A DNA stretch of 63,161 bases, counting the filler, from Pseudovirgaria hyperparasitica (lineage: Eukaryota): NCBI GenBank assembly GCA_010093815.1. It is 4 parts of 4 records of this genome, joined end to end, with 100 filler letters (N's around TTAATTAATTAA, not from the genome) between each part and the next. Parts side by side here need not be neighbours in the genome. Positions count along the whole stretch, not along the records: positions 1 to 25,963 come from ML996612.1; 3 more parts are not named here. One strand, 5' to 3'. The notes under the pieces were generated by a model. The model had not been told where the DNA came from, searched no databases, and worked only from the letters and a program-made list of their open reading frames with translations. The position numbers and the translations under genes are program-made. This document shows positions 12,506 to 24,530 of the stretch, in pieces; position 1 is the stretch's first letter; every line of letters begins with the position of its first letter.

Positions 12506-13843
12506 CTATAGCTGCCATGGACGCCCTGCTACTGTACCAGGTACCTCAGAACCTTCGCTAGTTGTTTCTATCTCCCTATCCTCATCTGCAACTGTCAAAC
12601 GGCTAACTTCTGGTATAGGAAACAACCCGGAGGCAGTTCCACCTCGCTCGATAATCTGGCCTCTAAGAAACTTTTTTGCTCTCTCATCACTCATACCAAG
12701 GAAGAGATTGGCTGTACCAGGGTTGGCGATAATGAGACAGGCCTTATCGAAGTCATCGTCGGTAAGTAGAGCAGCGTACTTCAATTCTAACTTCTTGACT
12801 GCCAACTGGATAGGATCTTGTTGTCTCGAGGTATGTTTTTCAAGCGTCCGAGTAAAGTCACTCTGTGTCTTGAGGATAACTTCAGTAATACTCCGAATAG
12901 CTTCGCTTCTCGGTGTAACTCTATTCTTAAGCTTAAGGCGCTGAACCGCAGCTTTACGGTCCTCGATCCGGTTCTTGTCATCATCAGAGTATGTATTCCT
13001 ATCCACACTTCCATCACGTCTCTTCTTACTTCGCGTTGTAGTAACCCTATCTCTAGGGTTACTATGGTTGGCGGCCGGCGAATCGCCACGGTAAACCTCA
13101 TCATCACTATCCTCATCAACCTGTATAGCTGACGCTGATGAAGCCTTGGTAATTGACCGCGAGTACTGGCCAGTAGCCACCACGTCTCCGAATATTTGTT
13201 CAAGCAACTCAAGGTGAGGTGGACCTTCACGTCTAAACCTCCTACGATCCTTATGAGTAGTGAAGTACTCATCCATAGTCTCAGGATCTGCCTGGTACGT
13301 CCCTAACGTGTCGCTCCACCACCAACCTGATAAGGCGTTTAGGTGCTCATTCCACGCTTTATAGACCTCCTTCCAGGTTCCGAACTTCGACCTTACCATC
13401 GCGGCAGTCAACTTAAAAGGTACGTGTTCTCCTAACTCTATTTCTGCGGCTGTCCACACGGCCTTCGGAAAGGTACCACCGCCTGTACGAAGGCTGAGTT
13501 TCCTCAATAGAAAATTCAAGAGCTGAATCTCAATCGCAGGTGTCGCCCACGTCCGCCCTTCATATTTCGGCTTCGGTCCACTTGACACTGCCCTCTTCGG
13601 CGATGGGGCAGACGCCTGTAGACCTATAGTACCACTTCGCCCACGTTTCGAACCAGATAATGAAGAGTCGGATAGCGATTGAAGACTATCGGCGACTGGC
13701 GGCGAGTCGGACTCCTCGTCTAGTTGCTTACGTAAAAGTATACTTTTCTGTTTCTCTGCAGATTCAGACGAATTAGCACTCGTAGAGTTGTCATGTACAA
13801 GGAGTATAGGGTCGATGACGTCGTCAGGCACGTGGTCAGCCAT
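12506..13843 (-). CDS. Myb/SANT-like DNA-binding protein of the PIF/Harbinger element
   Basis: 445-aa ORF with W..AIEIQLLNFLL..GGTFPKAVW..VRSKFGTWKEVY..SGWWWSD..PHLELLEQIFG, the typical PIF partner ORF pattern. It lies inside the TIRs. Confidence 0.88.
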   Translation of the reverse strand: MADHVPDDVIDPILLVHDNSTSANSSESAEKQKSILLRKQLDEESDSPPVADSLQSLSDSSLSGSKRGRSGTIGLQASAPSPKRAVSSGPKPKYEGRTWATPAIEIQLLNFLLRKLSLRTGGGTFPKAVWTAAEIELGEHVPFKLTAAMVRSKFGTWKEVYKAWNEHLNALSGWWWSDTLGTYQADPETMDEYFTTHKDRRRFRREGPPHLELLEQIFGDVVATGQYSRSITKASSASAIQVDEDSDDEVYRGDSPAANHSNPRDRVTTTRSKKRRDGSVDRNTYSDDDKNRIEDRKAAVQRLKLKNRVTPRSEAIRSITEVILKTQSDFTRTLEKHTSRQQDPIQLAVKKLELKYAALLTDDDFDKACLIIANPGTANLFLGMSDERAKKFLRGQIIERGGTASGLFPIPEVSRLTVADEDREIETTSEGSEVPGTVAGRPWQL

Positions 13844-14432
13844 TTTCCACGACGTGGAGTTGATGAGTTTGACTTCAATTTGGACGTGGGAGAAACGGTA
13901 TGCGTGCTACCCCGCCTTAAGATCGTATTACTAACTAATTACTGAGCGACTTGACCTTCAGCTGACTTTTCAAACACCCAGGACTTCTGGAGGTCGAACT
14001 AATTGAAAACTATCGACGGGTGGCGTCCGGACGCCGTCTCTACGCTTACAAATAAGGTTATTCCTGAGGTCAAAATCTGACCTCAAGTTTCAAAAGGCCC
14101 CTTACTTGCTGCTCAAAAACGTCGATTTTGACATTCAACCATACCTAATATAGGTAAGTTCAGCCATCCCGAAGCCACAATCTTTTAGTTCCACGCCGTC
14201 GTCTAATCCCTGTCTTCAGCTCGGGTTTTAAGCTGGAGGTGAGATTCAATTTCAAACACCGGTCGAATATGGGGTATTGAACGTCAGAAACGTCGAAAAT
14301 TGAACGTCAGCTGAGGTTTCAAACACCCCCTCAGCTCTGTGGCAGGAATGCCTGCCTTGCTTTGTGCAACTTATCAAGGTCAGCTTTTGTTCCGGATCTT
14401 CAGAGCGAGAAGACCTCAAACTTCGCTACGAC

Positions 14433-15329
14433 ATGTCGCTGGCGCGCTTCCAGCTCGCATATAGTCCTAGAAGGCCATTGCCACCTTGCGAAGGACCAAA
14501 GCTGTTGCCATTCAAGAGGCATAAGGGTAATATCCACTTCCTAAAGCTTCTTAGTTCGTCGCCGCGCTTGGACGGATCTGAAGGAGCCGAAGGAGGTCAC
14601 AGCTATGTCTTCAAGGTTCGCATAGGTAAGAAGAAGTATGCACTAAAGGTCGTAAGTAAATACGCGTATATTTAATCACTGCTTTGTCGTTCAAGCCTAA
14701 TATACGTCTAGTTCAAGTTCTTTAGTGTCGAGCAAGAACGCTCTTCGGTATTTCCTACCGATAGGGTCAAGGCAAGCGATGAGATAATCACCTATCACTC
14801 CGATCCATTTTATGCAGAGTGTAGAGCATACGGAAAGCTGCAAACCCATGAGCAACAGCAGCAAGAACAACGAACAAGAGACGAGAGGCGGCAACATCGG
14901 GAACATCCACACCGACTAGCTGTGCCCTGCTACGGCTATCTTTATCTCCCAGCAGAACAGTATGGGGAAATTTTCAGCGAGCAATTTGGGATTCGAGACT
15001 GGGACTGGCCAGAAGAAGATGAAGACAAGAGCTGGCGGGAGAAGCCACCGTTCCGAGCTTTGGTGAAAGAGCTCGTAGAGTCCAAGGAGGCCATCGTTAA
15101 TGCAGAAGAAATGGAGCGAGACCTACACGAACTGAGGAATTTGGGAATATACCCAGTAGACCTGTACGCGAGGAATTACCTGGATGGAAAACTTGTTGAT
15201 TTCAGTAGCGCGATGATATCTCCACACTGGTGGCTTGATTCTCTCAGACCACTGCGGCGCCAGAGGGTGTTGGACGAGGAGCTTTTGCTATTCAGAGAGA
15301 TGATCAGAGAGGCACAAACCGATTCCTGA
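14433..15329 (+). CDS. FTA2-like (kinase-like fold) protein, ~278 aa, 2 exons
   Basis: Motifs LPPCEGPKLLPF, GGHSYVFKVRI..YALKV|FKF, DPFYAECRAYGKL, AVPCYGYL, RALVKEL and DLYARNYLDGKLVDFS. The intron at 14652-14711 is in frame. Confidence 0.82.
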
Positions 15330-16046
15330 GATGTAACGGTGATTCACTAGTATAGAAAATACAGAACCAACACGTCCTGGGTAAGAGCATTCGGAGTGGT
15401 AATTAGCAGATGCCGCTGGAGGCTCTTTCGAAGGAACGGTGACAATCAAGAGGATTGACCTTAGAGATCTCCTCAACCCCCCAGTCATCCGCGTAACCCT
15501 CTACCAGTCGTGCAGTATTTCACTAAAAGTAATGATATGTCGGACTGTCCTATTGTCAACACCGCAATGCCGCTCCATTCTCGAGGTCCGAGCGAAGCAG
15601 AGGGCGGGGCAAAGCTGCTGATCGACTGGCGGGTCAGCTGATTCGGCATCAGGGATGCCACCAGCAGCCTTGCCAGTCAGGTGGATGAAACATCCAGGCG
15701 CCACCTGTACTGTGGGCTTGGCAAGGATGAGGTATCGCTGTCCACATCTACCTAAATTTCTGAAGAAGGTATGCGCCGTGCATATTATCGTTTGGAGGAT
15801 GAAATCGAGCTGAATTAGGTAACTTCGTTTATGACCACTTTCAGCCGGTATCAGGGTTTGCGTCCCGGCATTTGTTTTACGAATTTATTTTCTTGAAGAC
15901 ATCATTCTATGAGAGATTTACGATGTTCGCAATGGTAGCATGTCGTTCCGATCCCAACCTTGCATTTGTATCATCGCCCATTGTATGACACTGTGGTACT
16001 ATTGAGAGTTCAACTGCATCTGAATACCGATTGCAGTATCTTTGTA

Positions 16047-16542
16047 TCATAAAGTCGGCCAGTCCATCTCAATCTCCTCCAAGCCCCCACGTCCTTTGAA
16101 TTTATTTACAACAGTGGCCTGCTCATGTAGGAGATGGTGGTTGGTCTGCGTCCCGATATTTGCGAGCTTTCGCCAGCGTTCTAGATCGACTTGGTTGCGT
16201 TTGTTCCCATGGGCTGCTTCTGCATTGTCCCAGTGTCCGGAGGAGAAACCAACAGCTGGATCCAGCACAGTCACTCATACCTTCCAACCAGTTACACTGC
16301 CACAATTCGCCTTCTCTTATGCACTGATAGTCGACTCTCTGGTAGTTGATACGCCCGGCCATTGGACCCCCATTAATAGCGTAAACGATTCGATCTTCGT
16401 TGTAGAACCACATCTCATATTTCCATTTCTCAGGCGCACCGTTTTCCGGGTTCTGTGCATCATAATTATAGATGAGATGCACTGACTTCATGTCCCTCTC
16501 GAATGCGTTTATGACAAACTGTGATTTATGCGGCCATAACAT
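16047..16542 (-). pseudogene. Fungal phenolic acid decarboxylase, internally deleted
   Basis: KWKYEMWFYNEDRIVYAINGGPMAGRINYQ..WQCNWLE and GFSSGHWD..AHGNKRN..LERWRKLA are present. The usually intervening ETGT..SLVYD segment is missing after a GTATGA donor. Confidence 0.75.
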
Positions 16543-16970
16543 TGTGAAAAGTTTAGTAGTCAAGGGATTAAACAGACCACCAGAATATGTTTATATACTT
16601 TAGACAGCAGTCATGTCTTATCTAGTCTAACGGTATCTTCGTTGGGCGTACCTGAGTCGCACAGTCATAGTCCGTTTCTCTAAGGGACATTTTAGTATAT
16701 CTACGGGCTATTTTTCGTGTCATACCACGCTCAGACATGACCAAATACAATCGGATACAATTTGAGGTCCTAGACTAGAATTGTATGATTAGTCACCCTA
16801 AAAGTACGAAATGAGCTTGGAATGACCATGGAGCTTAAAGACCAGCGATGAGGATACCGAAGAATTATTCAACCCGTAGCGTCTTAAATAATCCGTAACC
16901 TTCAAAAACCCCGTAGCGTGTAGTAAGGATTTGGATTCCACACGTCTGGAAGTATTAATGCCTCGTGGGG

Positions 16971-17265
16971 TAGGGGGTTGCAAAAGTCGTAAATCGCCGA
17001 CCTCCGGCGCGCGTCGTCTACGGTCTAATACTACTTATAATTACTATCTCGAGGGTCGTGAAGCCAATACACCCGAGAAAGCACGCTCTTATACACTCTG
17101 AGACCACCGAATACCCTCTAAAAACGCACTAAGAGCCTTCGGTTGCGTTTGCGAGTACCTATATTTAACTGTCTATACACGGCTCTCTAAACGCGAATTA
17201 CGAGGCTCGCCAGCTATTAGATGATAGAGGAAATAGTATGGCGAGCCATTTTTAGACGAGTCTCA
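16971..17265 (+). mobile_element. 5' fragment of a Tc1-like element related to 7169-8648
   Basis: TAGGGGGTTGCAAAAGTC..ATCGCCGA resembles that element's TIR. 17047-17215 aligns with the reverse complement of 8330-8490. Confidence 0.65.
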
Positions 17266-18854
17266 GCAGGGAGTTGATCGCGAGGGTCTGAGACTTTTTG
17301 GTTCACAAAAAACACGATTTTCACGAGTTTGCCCGATCAGAAGTAATGCATGATCGCATGGCCCTTCTGAGTTCTTTCCGGTCTTGTTGGGTGGGGGAGG
17401 CGTCTGGGTTTTCCCTGACGTCCTGTGCTACCTGGCTTGTGTCGGTCCGTATGGGGCCTTGGTATCTTATGCGTCTTTTACTTGTGGGTAGCGGTAGTAG
17501 CTGTTGGCACTGTGTACGTAACCTTCCGGTGTCATCTCCTGGGTCTGTTGTGTAGCGTTGAAGAGATTTCACAAAAACGCCTCGCAGGAGCTCGTACAAT
17601 AATCAAGAGGAGGAAGAGGTAGGATTTCTATTAGGTCATCCCCATTGGTAGCAACGCGAACAGCATAAAGTTCCCACAGCAGGTTCTCGTGTGCTGGCAC
17701 AGCACAATGAAGCACTTGTCATCGGTTCTTATGCTATCTCCTGAAAGATCCTTACCGAAACTGTTCGCTCGCGACATCGCTGCTTACAGCGATGCGGAAC
17801 TGGACCGATAGCTGGTCGAGCACGGAAGGTGAGCACTGCATGCCATCACCCATCCTACTGCCTTGCTAACACATACCGTCCGCGGTAGGCGTCTTCTTAA
17901 TTTGCTGCCAAGAAAAAAAGTCTCAAGCGACCGGGACATGCCCCACTAGAAATGCGCTTTGCACAAGGCGAGGTGAGCCAGTACGACAACAGCCTTTCAC
18001 ATTTACTGCGTGATCTAAGCAACCTCCGCCACACTACAAACTTCAATCGTCCATGAGAATCTGTGTAGTCGTCATTCTTGATGAATTCAGGTCTTTGGCC
18101 TTTGTATTGCTATGGTAGCTGTTGCAATCTAGGACTAAAGGACCCTACGGCATCGCTAATGATAGGGTTAGCTGGCAACTGGCCGAAGAACAAAAATAAC
18201 CAGATAAGCACGTGCTTAAGGATTGTATTGTAAGCTAAGAAGCGGCACAGATATCATAGATTACACCGAACGTGTGAGTGGGTCAGATCGTTATGATGTC
18301 CCTCTCGTAGATATAACATAAGACGTTGACACCAATGGAACCTAGCTTTGATAAACCCACATGTTAGTCGGAGGGAGCATAACCGCGCCTCCGAAGCAGC
18401 ACATATATGAATATACAGGGGCTGCCGACATGCAGAGCAATATGCCCGAAAGCTAGCACGATTATAGCAGCGTTCTTAGGCCAACTGAAACAAAGCCAAT
18501 GTGGCGCTCTCGCGTGTCTAGATTTGGCATTTCATCTAGCTAAGTCGACGTGCTTTCTTTTGCGTAAACCTTATGGTTGCATGGCTCCCGCTAGTTAAAT
18601 TTCTTAGGCGCTCTGTAGCCGGCATATGCGGCTTGTTTATGTTTTCGGTTGAACGCAGGAACACTTGCTGGTCGACCAGGCATCTCACGTCGGTATGGTG
18701 TGGGTAGTGTTAGTAGGAGGTCGTGGGCTATGTGCCGCAAGGACTCAAGTCTCTACGATTAATTCGAGTCGACTTGAACATACACCGAATACTGTGTTCA
18801 CCTCCATTGCATCACCTGGCGGTCATCCAGTGTCCTCGTTAAGGCGAACAATGG

Positions 18855-19365
18855 ATCCGTCTGTAACTTTTTCAGCGCAACACACGCGTTTTTTACCCGA
18901 TACCTCTAATTTGGAAAACCTTATATTTTCCTTAATAACTCGAGATTAAAGACTCTAGAAGATATTAAAAGATTCTATATATCTCTATTTATATCTTAAG
19001 AATATTTATTAAGTTCTTTTAAAGATTAAAGGATCTAAAAGAGATAGATAATAGAGTAAATCTCTATTTTCTCTCTATCTTTACTGTATACCTTAGTACT
19101 TTAGAAGTTACCCCTCTATATACTTTAAAATTATAATTATAGAGCTTTTCTTAGAATAACTAATTAATATATTCTTTTTTCGCAATTTTCTTATATAGAA
19201 AGTAAGAGACTATATAGAAGTAAATTAATATATAATTAAAAAACTTCCTAGAGTTCTAGTTCTAGAGATATTAGGGAAAAGGTAAGTTTTAAGAATGGGA
19301 GAAAAAGTGGTATGTTGAGCGCGCGACACGTGCCAAGAGTTGCGCTGAAAAAGTTACGGACGGAT
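18855..19365. mobile_element. MITE-like element, ~510 bp
   Basis: 27-bp TIR ATCCGTCYGTAACTTTTTCAGCGCAAC with one mismatch and an extremely AT-rich interior. A solo similar end lies at ~32754-32775. The TSD is unclear. Confidence 0.75.
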
Positions 19366-19444
19366 AGTGTGCACTACGATTCAAGCGGATCGCGATGAGC
19401 GCTTAGCGGCGCATTGTTCGAATGGTTCGATCTGTAACGCCGGT

Positions 19445-20160
19445 GCATTAGTCTTGACCCCTGATAGACTTTCTCACAGGGCGCATGCAGCATATCATTG
19501 CCCGCTGGTGTGGGACAACGCGGCACGGGCAGGCTACTGATCTGCTCGAGGAGGGTCCCTGGGAGTCGGTGTATTCATACATGTTCTGCTTCTGAGGCGC
19601 GGTCATGCTCCCTCCGACTAACATGTGGGTCGAAAAGGATTATCTAAGCTATATATGGTGTAGTGCGATATGATCCTGCACTGGTACAGACATGCTAGCC
19701 CGGGGTAAAGCCGCTCTTGGCAGCATATTGTTGCCAAGAGCGGCTTTACAAACAAGGGAACCGGAAGGAGTGTCCTCCTCACAGTATTGTTGCCAGGACA
19801 CTCCTTGCCGGACCAGCACTCCGATTGCCCAGTGGAGCAGGGATCCTGTAGACTGCGCCCCGCGCCAGAGCATGCCTGAAACCACGCTGTGGTCTTGACC
19901 CTTGATAGACTTGCAGACTGGCGGCTGGTGTGCGACAAAGCAGCACTGGCACTACTGATCGTCGTATACGGGATCAAAAGTGAGTCCTCCAGCCTCCCAA
20001 CCTGGCATTCCGACTCAAGATATGTCATTTTCGACCAGAGAATCCCAGCATGGGTGGGGATCGGAACCTAACATCCATGCTGGACTCGTTGGATTGCTTC
20101 GATGTATGGGTGCATGGATTGCCGCCAAGAGCAGCTTACCATCTAGCTGGGTATCATGAT
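19445..20160. repeat. Most complete copy of a dispersed modular non-coding repeat with hairpins
   Basis: Its sub-modules recur at 18343-18414, 23308-23513, 23690-23776, 26637-26725, 27262-27359, 40416-40513, 60433-60518 and 60992-61045. Confidence 0.8.
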
Positions 20161-20745
20161 CGGTAAATATCGGCGCGTCTGGCACAGAGCCTGTCCCGGC
20201 ACCCGACTTTCTCAAGATCGCAGCAATATTTCGCCACTCGTTTTCTGGGATTTTGAGACGTAAAATTTCAGAGCCTTCGACAAGATGACAGGCAAGTAGG
20301 TCCATGGGGTCTTCTGTAATGGCTTCCTCAATAAATTCAATACGAAATCCAAGATCAAAAGCCATCCTGGCTAACTTGCATATGACAGCTTGGTTCGATC
20401 GGCTAAGAGGAGGTTTCGGGTGCCCTAGCTCTTTCCTAGGAGTGAAATTCGTCACATCAGTGAATCGCCGTAAGCAGAATGTCCACAGTTGGAGATATGC
20501 GAGTTGTTTCTCATCATGAGGATTCTCGGTCATGGCCTCAACATTATTACCCTCCCCCCACTCGATGGTGAAGCGCGTTGGTCTGAAATAGGCTGCCGAG
20601 AACGCATCCCATATACTATTCTTTGAGGTTCCCGCAAGTGTACGAAGTATACTACTGGCGGGTTCGAGAAGCTTTAGATTTTCGAAGAATGTCCTAATAC
20701 TAGGTATCAGGCAGTCAATCGATAACAATTGGTCGTGCACCGTTT
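20140..20745 (-). pseudogene. DUF3723 (Starship auxiliary) internal fragment
   Basis: LLSIDCLIPSIRTFFENLKLLE..LAYLQLWTFCLRRF..LARMAFDLGF parallels IPTLVTLRKDLRYLD..GYRQLHLYAMRN..FGELAFQLGFDS in the intact gene at 36158-38559. Confidence 0.75.
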
Positions 20746-21438
20746 GACATCAAATTTATTCGGGCTTTTCCGCCTTTGATTGGGCCTCGACTTGACGTCT
20801 GTATAGAAAATATTCCAACTACACGAGTTCCTCTTGCTGTTGTAGTACGTCAGACTGCTTCAAATACTGATCAACGAGATTTTTTGTTTTATATCATTTT
20901 GGGCCCCCTATACTTGCAGGGCCGAAGTGTGCCATGAGGTATATTTTACTCTCTAGGTTGGGTATCTGCACTGTAGATGCCTCCACGTTCGAACGTCAGG
21001 AATATACACTTCTAGAACCTACATAGGCAGGGACTTTTTGAATGTATCATCCACCCCGCCCACAAAACAGCAGCCAACCTTCGAACGCGATAATTCACAA
21101 CCAGCCGAAATATTGAAGTGGTCTAAGTAATATTCTGGTACAAATTGCGATTATCCCGAAAGGATTGACGCACAAGGGCTATGCCCGAGCGTCGCCGGAA
21201 TCCGCGTCTATTGTGAGACTCTCGTGCAGTGGTAGAGGTGGAGGCGTCGGTGTCCCCGTAGTGTCGTATGCACCACGTCTCCAACCATAGCACTCAGTGT
21301 ACACGTGCATTTGTGCCCTGATTATGTGGCATAGTTAGCAAGGAATATCAAACGATGAAAGAGCATCTTACCTAGTAGAAATACGAAAGGGGAAGTTCAA
21401 CAGTCGAGGCGCTGTAGAAACAAAGACGTTGATGTACA

Positions 21439-22797
21439 AGATGGACTATTAGAGGTTGTTCTGGAAGAAGACAAAGACGACATAACTACAAAGCCTAGAC
21501 TTGCAATAGCGGGTTAAGATAAATGGTGGCAGTGCGCGTAGGATTTGGTAATGCTAGATTGCAACGCTTCTGATAGGGCTTGACTAGAGCTGGGATCTTA
21601 TCCTTACAACATCTCCCGCGAGACATTCCCTGATCATAAGATTGACACATATGGCACTCGTCCACGTCGCCACATTAACTTCAACTACGACGGACTGCAA
21701 ATAGAATCTAGTCATATGCTACAAGTGATGTCACAGCTCACGGTGTATTGGATTTTGGAATGCAGACCATTCAGCATCATTCATACCTAGCAAAACGACC
21801 GCGCTACACGAGCATCATGTCTCAAGCAAGCTCGCAAGATGGTAACAAGTATCTGATCAGCCACTAGGGCACCCTTTGCTTCTCTGACACGCTCCACTAG
21901 ATTCTCCCATGACACTCGCGTGTTTCGGTGGTACCTGTGCATGTTTCCCGTGTCAACCCCAGACCTTAAGACCGGCACCAGGGCTATCAGGTCTGCGTAG
22001 AGCCCCGTATTGTTCAGTCGCGGGAAGAACAGTCCCCGTGTATCTTGAACGAGATGGGTGCGGAAATGTGCTAGATAATTGTCGTGTCGCAAGAAAGTCT
22101 GACGACATGGTCCTTCTTTTCGATGGTGGCCAATATCAGAGCTTCTTAGCATGATATCACAAGTAAATGTGCGTTCCTGGTCGTGTGTCTCCTGGTGACG
22201 CTTTAGATGCTCTAATTTGCTAAATTTTCGACCACAATGGACTCCTTTTACCCTCTTAGAACAGATGAACTGTCTCCGGGGCTGAACAGTTATGACGCCT
22301 GAGCATTTTTGTTTCTGCACCTTCATTTTGGAAAACATATCAAGATTGCACGAGTAGTGCTCCCACATCGTTTCTACGTTGTATACTTCTTGACTTTTAC
22401 AGGCCCCAGAGGTAGAAGATGCCGATGAGTTCGTATTGGCTGCACTCTGAGTAAGACTGCATTCAATCCTGTGCAAAGTCGCACCAGACTGGCAATGCGA
22501 TCTGCCAACAGCAATCCCCAGTCCCTCCGTACATATGTCGTCTATAACATGTGGCGATGGACAAATAGAACAGCCATCAAGATTAAGCTGCGAGTTTCGG
22601 TAGCTGACAGTATACGGACTGGAGGGTTGATTCTCGGGCCACTGGCAGGGGGAGCTGCCAAACTGCTCACCTAGATACATAGTCAGTAGAGTATGAATCC
22701 GCCTCCGGTCTCGTCCACCACGTACCTGAAACAGAGAAGTGAAATGTTGACATGACGTCTATCAACCATGAAAGAACACCACTATGCTATGCTGTAT
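21439..22797 (+). repeat. Direct segmental duplication of 49858-51216 (O-methyltransferase 3' tail plus C2H2 gene)
   Basis: Colinear, highly similar sequence with mostly transition differences. Confidence 0.92.
21787..22680 (-). CDS. C2H2 zinc-finger protein (copy 1, open frame)
   Basis: Two fingers: FICSKRVKGVHCGRKFSKLEHLKRHQETH and FTC..CRQTFLRHDNYLAHFRTH. Confidence 0.8.
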   Translation of the reverse strand: MYLGEQFGSSPCQWPENQPSSPYTVSYRNSQLNLDGCSICPSPHVIDDICTEGLGIAVGRSHCQSGATLHRIECSLTQSAANTNSSASSTSGACKSQEVYNVETMWEHYSCNLDMFSKMKVQKQKCSGVITVQPRRQFICSKRVKGVHCGRKFSKLEHLKRHQETHDQERTFTCDIMLRSSDIGHHRKEGPCRQTFLRHDNYLAHFRTHLVQDTRGLFFPRLNNTGLYADLIALVPVLRSGVDTGNMHRYHRNTRVSWENLVERVREAKGALVADQILVTILRACLRHDARVARSFC

Positions 22798-22799
22798 CC

Positions 22800-23141
22800 T
22801 CCCGCAGAATCGTTTCTCTCTAGCAGAGGTGTTGTCTCTATTCCAAGAGTACATCCGCTCACCACAAGATGCAGTAGAAGGCGTGGAGAGATATATGGCT
22901 AAGCTAGGAAAGGCAGAATCCAATTGAAGCCTCTATTATTGCATGCAATAAGGATCAAGTCGTAGTACTGTCAAACCTAAAACCAGCGCGAATCGCTGGA
23001 CCATAGACTTAAGATACCACAACACTAGCGCAAGGACGATGCTCGTTCAAGAACATCCGCTCGCAGAACGCGTACTATTGGTGATGGGAGATTGCCCGGG
23101 CGAAGCGACTAAGGCTGAGTTCTGTCATTTGATACCTGATA
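22800..23141. repeat. Inverted near-identical copy of 9161-9502
   Basis: Reverse-complement match covering the BCS1-like tail and the MLVQEHPLAERV ORF start. Confidence 0.9.
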
Positions 23142-24466
23142 AAGAAGCACCTATCGAGATGCCATTAGCACATGAATTTTGGTTACGGTCGTCAATACCA
23201 AAGTCGCGCTGGGAAGACTTGAAGGCAGACCCACGTATGGCCAATCTTTATTGGCCGTGCAATCGCCTCATCCTTGGGCACGTCAAGCCATTGAACCCCC
23301 CAGACGAGATCATGATGATACCCAGCCAGTTGGCTGGAATTCCAATTCGTTGTGCAGGGATAACCTGCATGGTGTGATTTGGCAGGATAAAGCTGCTCTT
23401 GGCGGCAATCCATGCACCCATACATCGAAGCAATCTCATGCGGGATGACTTACTTTTGATCCCGCATACGTCGATCAGTAGTGCCAGTGTCGCTTTGTCG
23501 CACACCAGCCGCCGGTATACTGCGTCACCCTGTCAGGGGTGGTGGGGGAAGACCATTGACCAATAATGCACCTATCTATCATTGTGTCCTCTTGGAATGG
23601 TGCCTGATGCGCTGCAACTATCTTTCAACCCCATGTAGACACGTTCTGGTGAATGATCGCATTGGGAAAGAAACAGTTAGATGCACTTAGAGTGCTGGTC
23701 AGGCAAGGAGTGCCCTGGGCCGGGGTGAGGCCGCTCTTGGCACCAGTTTGTTGCCAAGAGCAGCTTTACCCTGGCTGAAGAGCGTCCCAATACAACGCAG
23801 CTTCTGTTCGGGTAAAGAAGGAGGACGCCGAGGCCGCGAGATTAAAGAGCACACAGAGACGAGGTATTAATATCGATCAAGAGAAATACAATGCGGCGCT
23901 TGTCATCCTTACAGTCCTCTTTGAATGTGACCAGTGAATTGGCGAGATAAAGCAGTGTGCGAAGCACAACCAACAAACCACACTGTTTCTAGTCACACCT
24001 GGTCCAATCAATATGACATTGAAGCCAGTTCAGGAGACGAGGAGCCAGGAAAGACTACTCCCAAAACGCCTTCAGAAGGTCGGCCCGGGATACGATACTT
24101 GCCACACAATACCGGGCCTGATTGTTGGCTATCCCAACTTTTTTTTTCGTACGTGCGGCCGCGTCACCAAGACATTTGGTGAACTTACATGCGTAGTGCC
24201 AATGATGTATACCTTCAATTCAAAACATATACACTTTGAGTTAAGCTAGGTAATAATAATCCGCTCTAATGTAATTTTCGAAGATATACGGGGTCTTTAT
24301 GTTTTGAGTTTGTCGTTGACCATGAACCTATTCACGAGCTCCGGAGTATAACTCATTATCCCCCATCACTGGAAAGAAGGCAACTGCTGTGGAGGACGAG
24401 ACAGTAGTGCTGCATATCTGTTGCATGAACCAGGGGGTGAGGGTAAAGGCAGGTACCTTGATCATA

Positions 24467-24530
24467 CGGCTAAACCGTGGCCCCGACCGCAAAAATCCGA
24501 CTTTTTGCGGTCGGGGCCACGGTTTAGCCG
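24467..24530. mobile_element. 64-bp TIR-only micro-MITE / perfect hairpin
   Basis: 29-bp perfect arms CGGCTAAACCGTGGCCCCGACCGCAAAAA with a 6-nt loop and TA on both sides. Confidence 0.7.

Larger units (their letters stand above)
10413..14101 (+). mobile_element. Autonomous PIF/Harbinger transposon
   Basis: Imperfect TIRs GGGGGTTTTTGAAAC / GTTTCAAAAGGCCCC with a TTA target-site duplication (10410-10412, 14102-14104). It encodes a DDE transposase and a Myb/SANT-like protein. Confidence 0.9.
10250..14330. mobile_element. Non-autonomous PIF-derived (Tourist-like) element split by insertion of the autonomous copy; pieces ~10250-10412 and ~14105-14330
   Basis: 14105-14330 is a diverged inverted copy of the PIF left end (10413-10630). 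10250-10410 is a diverged inverted copy of the PIF right end (~13950-14101). Confidence 0.6.
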
